IMG/VR virus record: IMGVR_UViG_3300037088_000361
Span: 1-64,000 of that record
DNA from: a virus
Length of the DNA: 64,000 nucleotides
Strand: one strand, 5' to 3'
Under the pieces are notes generated by a model. That model saw only the letters and a list, made by a program, of their open reading frames with translations, searched no databases and was not told the origin of the DNA. The translations under genes and the position numbers were made by a program. This document shows positions 1 through 9,585 of this stretch, in pieces (position 1 is the stretch's first letter; every line of letters starts with the position of its first letter).

Positions 1-1071
1 TTTGGTAACCTTTTTTTCACCCCCATTCCCACGGGGTTTTTGGTGCCCCCCCCCCCCCCCCCCCCCCATCTCCTCAATCTCCCAATGTTTGTTGTCTTCA
101 CACATAGGGCAGATGCCCTTCTGCCGCTCGTAGGCTTCCCGTCTTTGGCTATCGGTGAAGTCTCGGATGCTCAGGCTTTTTTCTTCCCCGTCCAAGACAT
201 AGGAATAGATTCCTTTCTTGCTTGTGACATCGTCGTCGCCCATAAGACGGGCGATTTCTTCCTCAAGCTTGGCGGGGTCAATCTCGTCCCCCTTGTGCGC
301 ATTGTACAGCGTTCCCCAAGCCACACTCTTCATCTCCCGACGATACTTGGGGAAGGCAGCTTTGACCCAGTTGATGACGGTCTGAAAGTACAGCCACAGT
401 TCGTTGGCGTTTGGCTTGTCTTGATGTTTGGCCATATATCCTTCGATGTCGCCTTCGCTAAGCCAGTCAATGGCCGCTTCCAAGAAGTTCTGCCGATTAG
501 GTGCGCCTTTGAGGTAGTCGCCACCGGTCCTGTATGCAGGACACCCGGTCTTGCTGAAATGTCGCTTGGCGTCCGAAACCCAAGGACCGGCATAAACGGC
601 GTTGCGAAGCTCCTGCTCCGTCAACCGTTCTCCAGCGATATTGATGGTCCTGAACCACCCCAACTTCTCACTGTCCGTGCCGCTACACTGATAAACCATC
701 AATCGGTAGCCTAGGATTTTCTCCTTCTCGTCTTCCTGCAGATTATGGAAAAACCGCTGTTCTTTGCTGTTGAAAACGGCAAGAGAAAAGTCTCCTTCAA
801 CGAACTGACAGATGGAGATGGTGCGTTGCTGGCCGTCAATGACCTCGAAGTTGCCACTCTCCCGGACGGCCCAATACATGACATTCAGTGGGAAGTCCTT
901 GACGATGGTGATGATGACCGCATCCCGCTGCTTGTCTTTGTAGATGAACTCCCTTTGATAGGGGGGACGGATGTCCAGCTTGTCGCCATAGCCGACCACC
1001 CCGGCTTCCCCGTCGTCCTTGTAGCCATTCGTCAGTTCACGAACTGTGATTTCTTTCAGTTCGATTTTCAT
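1..1071 (-). CDS. DUF262 (GmrS-like) + C-terminal HNH endonuclease; 3' end truncated/corrupted; absent from ORF track
   Basis: Manual translation from ATG at 1071: MKIELKEITVRELTNGY...IRPPYQREFIY...FEVIDGQQRTISICQF...WFRTINIAG...GICPMCE...EIEEM. QR, DGQQR and FxxIN are DUF262 motifs; CxxC begins the HNH domain; the frame is open to the window edge through a poly-G run. Starts 2 nt after the methyltransferase stop. Confidence 0.85.
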   Translation of the reverse strand, partial: MKIELKEITVRELTNGYKDDGEAGVVGYGDKLDIRPPYQREFIYKDKQRDAVIITIVKDFPLNVMYWAVRESGNFEVIDGQQRTISICQFVEGDFSLAVFNSKEQRFFHNLQEDEKEKILGYRLMVYQCSGTDSEKLGWFRTINIAGERLTEQELRNAVYAGPWVSDAKRHFSKTGCPAYRTGGDYLKGAPNRQNFLEAAIDWLSEGDIEGYMAKHQDKPNANELWLYFQTVINWVKAAFPKYRREMKSVAWGTLYNAHKGDEIDPAKLEEEIARLMGDDDVTSKKGIYSYVLDGEEKSLSIRDFTDSQRREAYERQKGICPMCEDNKHWEIEEMGGGGGGGHQKPRGNGGEKKVTK

Positions 1072-1073
1072 GA

Positions 1074-2036
1074 TTATTTGTACTTCCTTTCAATCAAAAT
1101 TCTGTTGTAAATCTTTCTTCCCTTGATGATTGTGTAGCACTCCTGCCCAATCCATCTTGCAGAGTTGGCTATGCCTAAAATCCTGAACTGTTCCGGGTTA
1201 AACTTGTCCAAGAAGGTTATCGGCACGCCCATCACGCCGTCATAGTCCATCGGGATGTCACAGGTCTTGCCGACTTCAATAGCATCATAATTATCGTACT
1301 TCGGGTACTCAGCCGGGGTGTAGTTCTTGTAAAGGATGAGGTCTTCGTGGCGCTTTTTGGTATCGAGGTTGGTGAACCAAGAAGCATTCCCCAAACTGCG
1401 CCACTTCTGACCATTGGCATCCTGCCAATATCGGGTCTCCCGTGCCTCATAATGGTCTGGAACCTTGAAGGCCATGTCCCCGTTCTTATACCCCAACCAA
1501 ACTTTGTTGTCTTTGATAAGAGGGAATATCTCCTTGTAGGTGATGGCATTCAGGTTTCCAACTATCAAAAACTTCTTCCCGTGCTCAACAAGTTGGGCAA
1601 CAAACTCCCGGAACAGGGAGAACGGTGGGTTAGTGACCACGATGTCCGCCTGCTTCAACAGTTCTATGCATTCCTCGCTGCGGAAGTCGCCATCACCTTC
1701 AAGGCGTGTAAGAGTCTCTTTTTCACCATCGTATTCGAGACCTACAGCGTGCGGGGAGGAATTTTGGCTTCTCTCGTTCGGATTATCGTTCTTGTAGCAA
1801 GTGGAAATCAGCCTTTTCAGCCCCAACTCCTTGAAGTTAAGGAAGAAATAGCGGTAAAAGTTGCTGACCTTGGGGTCGTCGCAGTTGCAGTATACCACCT
1901 TCCCCCGGAAGTGCTTCTTGTAGTGCTTAAGCTCCTTCTCGATATCGGTCAACTGGGTATAAAACTCATCCTGCTTGGCGTCTTTGGCCTTTGCTAAGTT
2001 CGAGTTCGCTTTCTTTGCGGGGGCGGCAGATGGCAT
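1074..2036 (-). CDS. Adenine-specific DNA methyltransferase, EcoRI family
   Basis: DEFYT, YCNCDDP, GDGDFRS, VVTNPPFSLFRE, GVMGVPITFLDK motifs; start placed at MPSA after GGAAGGA. Confidence 0.9.
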   Translation of the reverse strand: MPSAAPAKKANSNLAKAKDAKQDEFYTQLTDIEKELKHYKKHFRGKVVYCNCDDPKVSNFYRYFFLNFKELGLKRLISTCYKNDNPNERSQNSSPHAVGLEYDGEKETLTRLEGDGDFRSEECIELLKQADIVVTNPPFSLFREFVAQLVEHGKKFLIVGNLNAITYKEIFPLIKDNKVWLGYKNGDMAFKVPDHYEARETRYWQDANGQKWRSLGNASWFTNLDTKKRHEDLILYKNYTPAEYPKYDNYDAIEVGKTCDIPMDYDGVMGVPITFLDKFNPEQFRILGIANSARWIGQECYTIIKGRKIYNRILIERKYK

Positions 2037-2052
2037 ATTGTTTCCTTCCACT

Positions 2053-2064
2053 TATAGTATACAC
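2053..2064 (-). promoter_or_regulatory. Recurrent putative extended -10 promoter element GTGTATACTATA
   Basis: Near-identical copies at 7813, 8938, 9586, 48313, each shortly upstream of a minus-strand start codon. Confidence 0.6.
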
Positions 2065-2079
2065 CGACTGGAGAGGTTT

Positions 2080-3291
2080 TTATCGAAATTTTAATATAAG
2101 GTCGTGTTTCCCGCAGACGCACGGCTTGCCACGGTTGATGTTCCAACGCTTGCAAGCAGCGGGGCGGCTCATCTCTGCCATAAGTCCGGGGGTGGCAACT
2201 TTCCTCTTATTCCTCTCCGCCATAGCCTCATCCTTGCAAAGGTGGCATCCTCTGCCTGCCAAGTGCCCGTTCGGGGTCTGTTGGAAGTCCCCGTGAATGG
2301 GACAGATTATGGTAGCCTTAACGAGGTATCCCTTATATATGACCTTGTCGTAACCATACCTGTTCCCATGCATTCTATGGCACCTTTCAAGGAATGATTC
2401 CTTGGTTAAAGGTCTCCCTTTTGGTGCGCTGGAACCGGCCCACAACTTCTTGGCTGCTTGGCTCATGGCTTCCTTGGAGCATTCCGGGCTGCAAATCTTC
2501 TCCCATCCACCTTTCGGCTCAAACGAGGTCTGACAAATCTTGCAAAGGCGGGGAACCACTGGCAGCCCATATTTCCGACACATGGCCGGTAGAATATACC
2601 CGCCCCTATCTTGGCGGGACTTGAGCGTCTTGGCCATCGCCTCCAGGGATTTTGATTTCCCCAGATTAGAGGAAGCTATCTTATCTCTCTGCGCCCGTGG
2701 CATCACATAGCCAAGATGAGCCTTGCTGATGTTCGCTCTAATTTCGTCAGTGTAGACCCGCTCCTTAGCCATTTTGGAGATACGCTTGCGTTCGGACTCA
2801 GACATCGGATTATTCAAGTGGGCTTCCGATATCTTCTGCTTCTGGGCTTCCGACATTGGACCCCGCTTCTTGCCCCTCTGAATGTCCCCGATGAGCTTCT
2901 TGGTTTCCTCGGTATGATAGTAACTACCATGGGCCAGCCGAGTAGCAACCCTCTTTGCTATCTCCTCGGGTGTTTGCTTCCTGCCACGGGTTCCCTGCCC
3001 GACTTTGGGCAAGCTATTATAGCCGTCCTCATAAGATAATAGAGTGTCAATCCAGTGCTGTTCCCTCTCCAGAAGAAGCCGCTTGTCCGGCTGGCACTCC
3101 TCCAAAACCACCCATTCCCAAGTGTTTGGACCATATTTTTGCCAAGCACGGAGTAGTTTAACGCCGGTATGCGTTCCCAGCGTTAGTTCTTTTCTATGAG
3201 TAGCCCACCGACGTTTAATATCAACTGAGCCCCCCACATAGTATTTCCCTGTAATTGTGTTACGGATGCCATACACGCCCACAGTTCTCAT
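2080..3291 (-). CDS. GIY-YIG homing endonuclease with NUMOD3-like repeats, Zn finger and DUF723-like domain
   Basis: GVYGIRNTITGKYYVGGS; HTEETKKLIG/MSEAQKQKIS repeats; IICPIHGDFQQTPNGHLAGRGCHLC. Confidence 0.85.
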   Translation of the reverse strand: MRTVGVYGIRNTITGKYYVGGSVDIKRRWATHRKELTLGTHTGVKLLRAWQKYGPNTWEWVVLEECQPDKRLLLEREQHWIDTLLSYEDGYNSLPKVGQGTRGRKQTPEEIAKRVATRLAHGSYYHTEETKKLIGDIQRGKKRGPMSEAQKQKISEAHLNNPMSESERKRISKMAKERVYTDEIRANISKAHLGYVMPRAQRDKIASSNLGKSKSLEAMAKTLKSRQDRGGYILPAMCRKYGLPVVPRLCKICQTSFEPKGGWEKICSPECSKEAMSQAAKKLWAGSSAPKGRPLTKESFLERCHRMHGNRYGYDKVIYKGYLVKATIICPIHGDFQQTPNGHLAGRGCHLCKDEAMAERNKRKVATPGLMAEMSRPAACKRWNINRGKPCVCGKHDLILKFR

Positions 3292-3331
3292 TCTTCTTCT
3301 ACCTCCTATCTAAGAGGTGGGAAGTCAGTAT

Positions 3332-5266
3332 TTACAGGATGCCAATTTCAGAAAGAAAACGTGAGGGACGAACTGATATCGTGTTTGGTCCTCGGGGTTC
3401 AAGATTGTGAACACAAATGTTCAAAATATCCTTTGCCCTCGTGCAAGCCACATATAGCAGCCTTCGCTCTTCTTCCCACTCACCGGGCGTCGTGCAAAAA
3501 CGGTGCGGGTAACTGCCTTCTACACAATTAGTTACATACACACGGAAAAATTCGAGACCCTTGGCACTGTGCGTAGTGCTAATAACTACCACCCCACTCT
3601 CCTCATCCTCCTCGGTCGGGCGCTCCAACGCCAGTTGGAACACCAAGTCTTCGGCGGACAGACCGTCGGCCACCAAGTTGTTTATCAGCAACAGGAAGCG
3701 GTCAATGTTGTCGCACTTGGTCTTAGCCTTGCTTGGCTCCTTGTGGTACTTGGCGTTGATATAGTCCTTGTAGTTGAATGAGGTGATGATTTCCTCCATG
3801 GCGGCCGCAGGTGTAGAGAGTCTGCTGATGATGGTCTTCATCCCATAGACAAACAGTTCAAGCTTCTTGTCGCCCTCGCACGCCGCTACGAGGTCACCCT
3901 CCTCCTCTTGGTCGGCCTTCTTCCGTATCCGCTCCATGGCGACATCCCCGACGCCCCGCTTTGGCACGCCTACCGCTCGGACGAACGCCGTGAAGTCCTT
4001 GTTGTTGACCGCCAGCCGGAAGTAGCTGAGGATGTCTTTTATCTCCTCGGTCTGGAGCAACCCCTTACCACCTCGGACGACATAGGGGATGCGAAACCGC
4101 ACTAAAGCCCCTTCCAAGTCACGAACCTGTATGGCGGAACGGACAAGGATGGCGTTGTCCTTGTAGGGTATATTTCCAGAGCCTTTAAGCTGGCTGTCGT
4201 GCTTTATCTCCTGCGCGATGATGGTGGCCACATCCCCAGGCGTCGAGGAGCGGATGAGCCGGGTGGAACCGGGGGTTGTCTCCTTGCCTGTTTCGTCGAG
4301 GCCACGGAATAGCGTCATTTTTAGAGGGATTGTTTCTGTAAATGTCCCTTGAATCTTGTTGGCGAGGCGGATGATGTTCGGAAGGCTACGATGATTCTTC
4401 GTTATTCGATATAGGTCAGGAATATGCCCTCTCCAGCCCTCTGAAAACTCCTTGAGTAGCCGTGGCTCGGCCCCCTGGAATCCAAAAATCGACTGCCCAA
4501 GGTCCCCCACCGCATATAGATTGAGGTTGTCAGGAGCCAAGAGAAGGTTTATGAATTTCCATTGGACTGGGCTGGTATCGTGGCTCTCGTCTTGCAAGAC
4601 ATGATGAAAACGCCGCTGGAGAGCAGCCCGCCAGCTCTCATCCTGCTCCCCCCGTCGCACGACAAGTATCACCATGTCATCAAAGTCCACCAAATTCATC
4701 TTGACCTTCTCGACCTCAAACTGTGCCCACAGTACCTTTTCCCAGTCTTCGAGGGCGTGGTAGCCAGCGTGGCGCTCCAGTGCGTCCTCGTGGACCTCGT
4801 CAGTATAGTCCACGGCGAACCCTACGCCACGGGCACGATGGTATCCCATCTTCTCCAAGAACCGGTAGGCATTCTTTTCCACGCCGGGCTCCGGGGTGCT
4901 TCTCTCAATAAGCTTCTTGACCATCTGGGTCTGGTCGTAGTCGTCCATCGGCGTCACTTTGCCGAGAAAGCTGAAACCCCCTGGGTCCTTGCGGATAGCA
5001 CCAAGGGCTAAGCTGTGGATGGTCGATACATACGGACGTTCCTCGAAGGATGTGTCTTCTATGGAGAGGCGAGAAAAAATAGTTTCCGAGGCTTTCGTAG
5101 TAAAAGTGATACAGCAGATGCGGAGTGGGGGAACCTTTTCCCGCATCAGCCATCTTACCCGCTCGGTCAAAACTGTAGTTTTTCCAGAACCTGCGCCAGA
5201 TAAAACTAGAGCGGGCTGTCCTATGGGATGGGCTACCGCCCTAAGTTGTTCCTCGTTGAGAGTCAC
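3332..5266 (-). CDS. UvrD/PcrA/Rep-family SF1 DNA helicase
   Basis: LNEEQ, SGAGSGKT, STIHS, QDESHD, VGDLGQSIFGFQGA, NHRS, STTHSAKGLEF, EERRLLYVACTRAK. Confidence 0.95.
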   Translation of the reverse strand: MTLNEEQLRAVAHPIGQPALVLSGAGSGKTTVLTERVRWLMREKVPPLRICCITFTTKASETIFSRLSIEDTSFEERPYVSTIHSLALGAIRKDPGGFSFLGKVTPMDDYDQTQMVKKLIERSTPEPGVEKNAYRFLEKMGYHRARGVGFAVDYTDEVHEDALERHAGYHALEDWEKVLWAQFEVEKVKMNLVDFDDMVILVVRRGEQDESWRAALQRRFHHVLQDESHDTSPVQWKFINLLLAPDNLNLYAVGDLGQSIFGFQGAEPRLLKEFSEGWRGHIPDLYRITKNHRSLPNIIRLANKIQGTFTETIPLKMTLFRGLDETGKETTPGSTRLIRSSTPGDVATIIAQEIKHDSQLKGSGNIPYKDNAILVRSAIQVRDLEGALVRFRIPYVVRGGKGLLQTEEIKDILSYFRLAVNNKDFTAFVRAVGVPKRGVGDVAMERIRKKADQEEEGDLVAACEGDKKLELFVYGMKTIISRLSTPAAAMEEIITSFNYKDYINAKYHKEPSKAKTKCDNIDRFLLLINNLVADGLSAEDLVFQLALERPTEEDEESGVVVISTTHSAKGLEFFRVYVTNCVEGSYPHRFCTTPGEWEEERRLLYVACTRAKDILNICVHNLEPRGPNTISVRPSRFLSEIGIL

Positions 5267-5736
5267 TCCACTACCTCCGCATCCGTATAAGCAGGGAGCA
5301 GTCTGTCTATCCGCCCCTCGACAGCGGATTTCAACTGAGGAAGGATGTGGTCCCCGACCGTTCTCCCGTCCTTGGTAACGATAAAGGCAAGCACCAAGCG
5401 GCGGAACTCCACCACCCCTGTGCTGCTTGACTCGTAGATGCTCTTCATCTGGTTGTACAACACCCTCCAGACCCGCCTGCAGTCCTGCTCAAAGGGGTCG
5501 GTGGGAGGCTTGGGTGTGCTGCCGTATCTGCGGCTTCGTCGGCGCTTTACCTCTGCCTTGCATGTCGCTTGGAGGCGGATGCAGTAGGAGGAGCCTTCAA
5601 TCATCACTAAGGCCTCAAACCCTTCAATCGGGGGATGGGAGAAAAAGACTATGCCTGCCCCACCGTTCTGGAGGATAAGCTTGCGGATGGCTTCCTGCGA
5701 ACGGGAGGCTGGGACCGATGTTTGTTCGTAAGCCAT
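5263..5736 (-). CDS. Hypothetical phage protein
   Basis: 157-aa ORF with AGGA RBS, 4-nt overlap with the helicase start. Confidence 0.7.
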   Translation of the reverse strand: MAYEQTSVPASRSQEAIRKLILQNGGAGIVFFSHPPIEGFEALVMIEGSSYCIRLQATCKAEVKRRRSRRYGSTPKPPTDPFEQDCRRVWRVLYNQMKSIYESSSTGVVEFRRLVLAFIVTKDGRTVGDHILPQLKSAVEGRIDRLLPAYTDAEVVE

Positions 5737-5744
5737 TGGTCATC

Positions 5745-5921
5745 CTATATCGCTTGGCAAATGCACTTTATGGAATACGGTTCGGGACTAACTCTCAGCC
5801 CGTTAAAAGTACTTAGTTCTTTCTTGGCGTGCCTGAGATACTTATTGTAGGCCACTACCAAGGAGCCTGCTCTTACCTGTTCTGTGCTCCACTTTGACTG
5901 TACTTCCCATACTAAGACCAT
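5745..5921 (-). CDS. Small hypothetical protein
   Basis: AGGAGG RBS before MVLVWEV. Confidence 0.5.
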   Translation of the reverse strand: MVLVWEVQSKWSTEQVRAGSLVVAYNKYLRHAKKELSTFNGLRVSPEPYSIKCICQAI

Positions 5922-6029
5922 ATTTCCTCCTAGTGCCACTTTGAATGCCACCGCTTCTTGATGGACGGCTTCTTTCCTAGATGCTTGAGGGGCTCCTGTT
6001 CCTTGAGGAACTCCTCCCACAACCACCTC

Positions 6030-6644
6030 CTAGCCTTCTTGGACAGAGGATAATTCGGCATCCATATTCTGCCTTTCCCAAGAGGTGTAATACCCTTTCA
6101 TAGAACTAGGCTGCTCCATTGTCCGATATACCCAATCCCAACACCTAGCTTGTTGCTCCCTTATCCAAGGCTTGAGGTCCTTGGGAAGCTTGCCTTCCTT
6201 CCCATAAAGCTTTGCATACTCCTTAAGACCCCCTGAAAATTTGGCCAGAGGAATAAACACCCACCATGGGGTAATAACAAATGCCATCTTGTCAGCCAGC
6301 GCCAAGGCGGATACCGGGTGGTCCTCCTTCTTGGCGTAGTACCGAGAATGATACAGGCAGAACTCATACCAGACCCGTATCGGAACGTGGTTCCACAGAC
6401 CCACGAACGGTTGTTCGTCAAACAGGTAGCTTACTATGTTTGCCCCAAGCTCCGGGTGAGTCTTACCGTCCTCCCCGTCGATGTCATCCTTCCCCCAATA
6501 TCCTAAATCATGCAGGAAGAAGCACGCCCACAGGCGCAGGTCCTTGGGAAACCCAAATAGTTTCCACCATGCCCGAGCGACAAACAAAGCATGGATGATT
6601 ATTTGGTGCTCCCCAAATAGCTGGTTTTTAGTTCCCGGCTTCAT
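6030..6644 (-). CDS. HD-like hypothetical phage protein
   Basis: H...FLHDLGYWG...HPELGA...YHSR...ALADK pattern of potential metal ligands. Confidence 0.6.
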   Translation of the reverse strand: MKPGTKNQLFGEHQIIIHALFVARAWWKLFGFPKDLRLWACFFLHDLGYWGKDDIDGEDGKTHPELGANIVSYLFDEQPFVGLWNHVPIRVWYEFCLYHSRYYAKKEDHPVSALALADKMAFVITPWWVFIPLAKFSGGLKEYAKLYGKEGKLPKDLKPWIREQQARCWDWVYRTMEQPSSMKGYYTSWERQNMDAELSSVQEG

Positions 6645-7051
6645 CCTGTTTCGCCTTGCCTGTCCTGAGATAGAGGTCGATGGTCTCGTAGTCGTTCTCC
6701 CTGACCGTTACCGTGCTCCCGTCCCGGTTGGTAACGGTGTATCTCCAAGCACCCCCCGCCATCGTACTCGGCAAGGATGGTCCTTGGAGTCCCTCCGAGG
6801 CCCACGTCCTCACGGTAGAGTACTCTGCAAGCCCATTGAAGGGCCTTCTCCCCTAGGCGCTTGCGAAGGCGCTCCTTGAACTTGACCCACCACCAGCCTA
6901 TCCCCAGCCTGTACATCCAGACTGAGGGAACCTCGCTGTTATAATATACCGGACCCCAGCCGGACTTTTCTATGGCGATGAAGCCCAGCCTGACCATATT
7001 CAAGTCAGTACACTGCGACTCTGTCAACCATTCCCGCTCCTCATCTGCCAT
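6641..7051 (-). CDS. Hypothetical protein
   Basis: Start MADEERE; ATGA overlap with the next gene. Confidence 0.5.
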   Translation of the reverse strand: MADEEREWLTESQCTDLNMVRLGFIAIEKSGWGPVYYNSEVPSVWMYRLGIGWWWVKFKERLRKRLGEKALQWACRVLYREDVGLGGTPRTILAEYDGGGCLEIHRYQPGREHGNGQGERLRDHRPLSQDRQGETG

Positions 7052-7085
7052 GATTATGCCCTTCTCGACTTGGTTGGGTCTTATA

Positions 7086-7307
7086 TCAAGCATTGCCAAT
7101 AGGCCAATGCTCATTCTCATGCCTACGAATACTACATTTTTCTTGGGAATTTTCGGGGCGGGGCTTGATTTCGTCATCTGACCAGCATTTAGCGTGGGCA
7201 TACTGAACGCTAACTGGGAAGACATACCAAAACACGGTTCTGACACGGCTTCCCTTGTCAGCATGAGTCAGCGGCTCAGGGCAGTATGGGCAGGAAAGGA
7301 GGTCCAC
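7086..7307 (-). CDS. Small Cys/His-containing hypothetical protein
   Basis: CPYC...HAKC; fills the gap between neighbours. Confidence 0.4.
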   Translation of the reverse strand: MDLLSCPYCPEPLTHADKGSRVRTVFWYVFPVSVQYAHAKCWSDDEIKPRPENSQEKCSIRRHENEHWPIGNA

Positions 7308-7308
7308 A

Positions 7309-7554
7309 TTATGGTTTCAACAGTTCCTTGTTGAGAGTGGTAATTTGCGCCAAGGTAGCCATAGCCTGTGCGGCAGACTTTACCTGCTCATTGGCAAGGC
7401 ACTCCTGCGCTGCGGCAGCATCCCTGATGGCAATCAAGGAAGCTATGGCCTTGTCCAAGAGCTTGTCCAGCTTCTCCGGGGAGATTGCCGGGATGGTGAT
7501 TTCCCCTCTGTATTCCTTCTCTGCTGCCACACTGATTTTGAACTTGATGACCAT
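7309..7554 (-). CDS. Small helical hypothetical protein
   Basis: AAGGA RBS; operon-like packing. Confidence 0.55.
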   Translation of the reverse strand: MVIKFKISVAAEKEYRGEITIPAISPEKLDKLLDKAIASLIAIRDAAAAQECLANEQVKSAAQAMATLAQITTLNKELLKP

Positions 7555-7578
7555 CTTATTTTCCTTTCGGTGTCCTCA

Positions 7579-7797
7579 TCACCGATACCCCTGTGCCCTA
7601 CGGATTTCGATATGAGGCGGCTTTGACACCACCCGTGCTTTGAACTCGTCCCCCAAGGCGTGGGGGAGCATACTGGAAAAGTGCTCGTGCGCCTGCTCGG
7701 CGGTCTTAATGTCAAACCCGTCCTCAACCCACGACCGGTCAACCTTAAGCTCCAGCGTCCATGTGAACCATTTCTTTGACCTGCTCTTTCTTGTCAT
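7579..7797 (-). CDS. Small hypothetical phage protein
   Basis: GAGGAG RBS and promoter motif upstream; SWVEDGFD motif. Confidence 0.65.
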   Translation of the reverse strand: MTRKSRSKKWFTWTLELKVDRSWVEDGFDIKTAEQAHEHFSSMLPHALGDEFKARVVSKPPHIEIRRAQGYR

Positions 7798-7812
7798 AGT
7801 TGTCTCCTCAGT

Positions 7813-7824
7813 TATAGTATACAC
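7813..7824 (-). promoter_or_regulatory. Recurrent promoter element GTGTATACTATA
   Basis: Identical to the copy at 2053. Confidence 0.6.
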
Positions 7825-7833
7825 CAAAAGATG

Positions 7834-8100
7834 CTAGGATTGAGGGGGATTTTCAGGTCCACGGTCTTGGTAACGGTCGCAATGGGGTTCGCCCTCTGGA
7901 CCAAGACCACCTGTTTCGTTAAATCCATGAGCTTCGCACTCTTGCGGTACATAGGATTCTCCGGTTTCATCATAGTAGTCTTGATTAAGAACCACTCCAA
8001 GATGATGCTGCTTCCAGCTATGACCGCAGATGCATATCCCGCTTCTACCGGGACCAGAGTAGCGTGGCTCACGCTTTAGGTCGGATAATTTTTCAATCAT
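7834..8100 (-). CDS. Small Cys/His-rich (Zn-binding?) protein
   Basis: CICGHSWKQHH...ECE...HC. Confidence 0.6.
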   Translation of the reverse strand: MIEKLSDLKREPRYSGPGRSGICICGHSWKQHHLGVVLNQDYYDETGESYVPQECEAHGFNETGGLGPEGEPHCDRYQDRGPENPPQS

Positions 8101-8256
8101 ATGGTTCTGTCAACTAGATGGAGGCTGACCTCAATTACCTCGCTCCGGTACTCCACGAAGATGGAGGTCGGGTCGGGGTTCTTTTTTTGCAAAGCGGCCG
8201 CATCTCGGGTATACTGCACCAGACCGAGGTTTCGGTGGTGGAGGATGTCTCCGACG

Positions 8257-8559
8257 TTAATAAGTGCAATATCCCTTTTCTCCACGCCATTTCCTCCCGA
8301 GGAGCCGGACCCTCTGCTCCCTGACAATCTCGCTCTGCATCCAGTGCCTCTTGAAGAAGCCCTTCATGGTCTTGGAGGTCTCCTTCTTTGTATACTCCAC
8401 CCCCGGAGGGTTAACCACCTGCCAGTTGTCGAACTTGAGACACCAGAGCGACCCGCTATCACTGACCTTACGGCACACGCCGGGTCCATACCAAGCGGCG
8501 GGGATGAAGCTGAACCTGTCGCCCCTGCGGAGGTCACTGACCTTGATTATTGTGGTCAT
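8257..8559 (-). CDS. Hypothetical protein
   Basis: ATGA coupling with the upstream ORF. Confidence 0.5.
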   Translation of the reverse strand: MTTIIKVSDLRRGDRFSFIPAAWYGPGVCRKVSDSGSLWCLKFDNWQVVNPPGVEYTKKETSKTMKGFFKRHWMQSEIVREQRVRLLGRKWRGEKGYCTY

Positions 8560-8750
8560 TTATCCCATTTCTTCACAAGTGTAAGCCGCTCTGCGGCTAT
8601 GAACATGACTTGGTCGCAGTACGTCTCCCCGTTCCACATGACCTTGACGCCGTCGTCGTACCACGTGCGTCCCTTGACGGTGCCGACCACCCCGTCGGGG
8701 CGGCTGACCCGGTCGCACTTCTCCAGCGTTTTCATCTCGTCTATGGTCAT
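8556..8750 (-). CDS. Small SH3-like hypothetical protein
   Basis: GAGGAGG RBS; DRV..DG.VGTV....V.W pattern. Confidence 0.55.
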   Translation of the reverse strand: MTIDEMKTLEKCDRVSRPDGVVGTVKGRTWYDDGVKVMWNGETYCDQVMFIAAERLTLVKKWDK

Positions 8751-8920
8751 TATTCCTCCTCAATGGGTGTTTCCGCCACAAGTTGGGCGACTTCCTTCTT
8801 CCACTCTGTCGGGTTGTGTTTGTCAATGTAACGAGCCAAGTCAGATGATGTAATGAGACCGTTCAGGTGCTTGCTGCTGTCCTCAGCCCACCGGGTGTGC
8901 TTACTGTAGTGCTTATTCAT
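8750..8920 (-). CDS. Small hypothetical protein
   Basis: GGAG RBS downstream of the promoter motif at 8938-8950. Confidence 0.5.
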   Translation of the reverse strand: MNKHYSKHTRWAEDSSKHLNGLITSSDLARYIDKHNPTEWKKEVAQLVAETPIEEE

Positions 8921-8937
8921 GGTGTTGTTGCTCCATC

Positions 8938-8950
8938 CATAGTATACATC
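8938..8950 (-). promoter_or_regulatory. Recurrent promoter element GATGTATACTATG
   Basis: Variant of the 2053 motif; both have AAAATTTCG about 20 nt upstream. Confidence 0.55.
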
Positions 8951-8975
8951 GGAATCAAGAGAAAGTGACGAAATT

Positions 8976-9569
8976 TTACACTGCAACAGTGACGGCTGGC
9001 TCCCGGAAGTCCTCCGGGATGGCATTCAAAATCTGTTCAATCTCATGGTTGCCGTCTAGCCGGAACCCCATGCGGATGAGCGTCCAGAACAGGGATATGT
9101 CGTTAACGCAGCCCGGCTTGTAAGGCTTCGCCTCAAAGGCGACTGAGGGGAATTCAAGGTTGCGGTCAAAGTAGAGGGTTCCCTCCACTCCCCACTTTTC
9201 CTCGGGGGCGATGTTGAAGGTGCCCGGCTCAGGGTGGATGGAAATCCCTGTGGTTTCCAAGTACTTGTCTTGGATGTCCTTGATGACCTCCAGCTTGCCC
9301 TCGACGTAGAACTTGGCGTCCAGCAGAATGGCGGCGACAAAGCCAGCGACATCGGGGTCCCAAACGAACCGCTTCTCGCTTGTGGCGGGTTTGTGCTGGT
9401 AGATACGGCGGACAGCTTGGGTGCCATGGAATTTGATTTGGGGGTTCTGGCTCTGCGCCAGCTTGAAGGCTTCTTCCTTGGTAACGCCCTCGGGAGGCTC
9501 AATGGTGGTGTGGCTGAGCTTGCATTTGCCTTGGGGGTCAAACGTGTAATCGAGTTCCCATGAAATCAT
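8976..9569 (-). CDS. Hypothetical protein
   Basis: GGGAGG RBS and promoter motif upstream; native-looking codon usage. Confidence 0.7.
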   Translation of the reverse strand: MISWELDYTFDPQGKCKLSHTTIEPPEGVTKEEAFKLAQSQNPQIKFHGTQAVRRIYQHKPATSEKRFVWDPDVAGFVAAILLDAKFYVEGKLEVIKDIQDKYLETTGISIHPEPGTFNIAPEEKWGVEGTLYFDRNLEFPSVAFEAKPYKPGCVNDISLFWTLIRMGFRLDGNHEIEQILNAIPEDFREPAVTVAV

Positions 9570-9585
9570 ACAATGTCCTCCCATT

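Noticed and set aside
1-67. Poly-C/poly-T runs and the poly-Pro ORF 40..714 (+)
   Set aside because: Looks like a contig-end sequencing artefact overwriting the HNH motif (ACCCCGTGG, TPW, is still visible); the plus ORF is the shadow of the DUF262 gene.
6628-6813. Possible +1 frameshift at the G6 run (6752-6757)
   Set aside because: The alternative frame has plausible codon usage, but the unshifted frame ends in a clean ATGA overlap with the next gene; unresolved without homologues.
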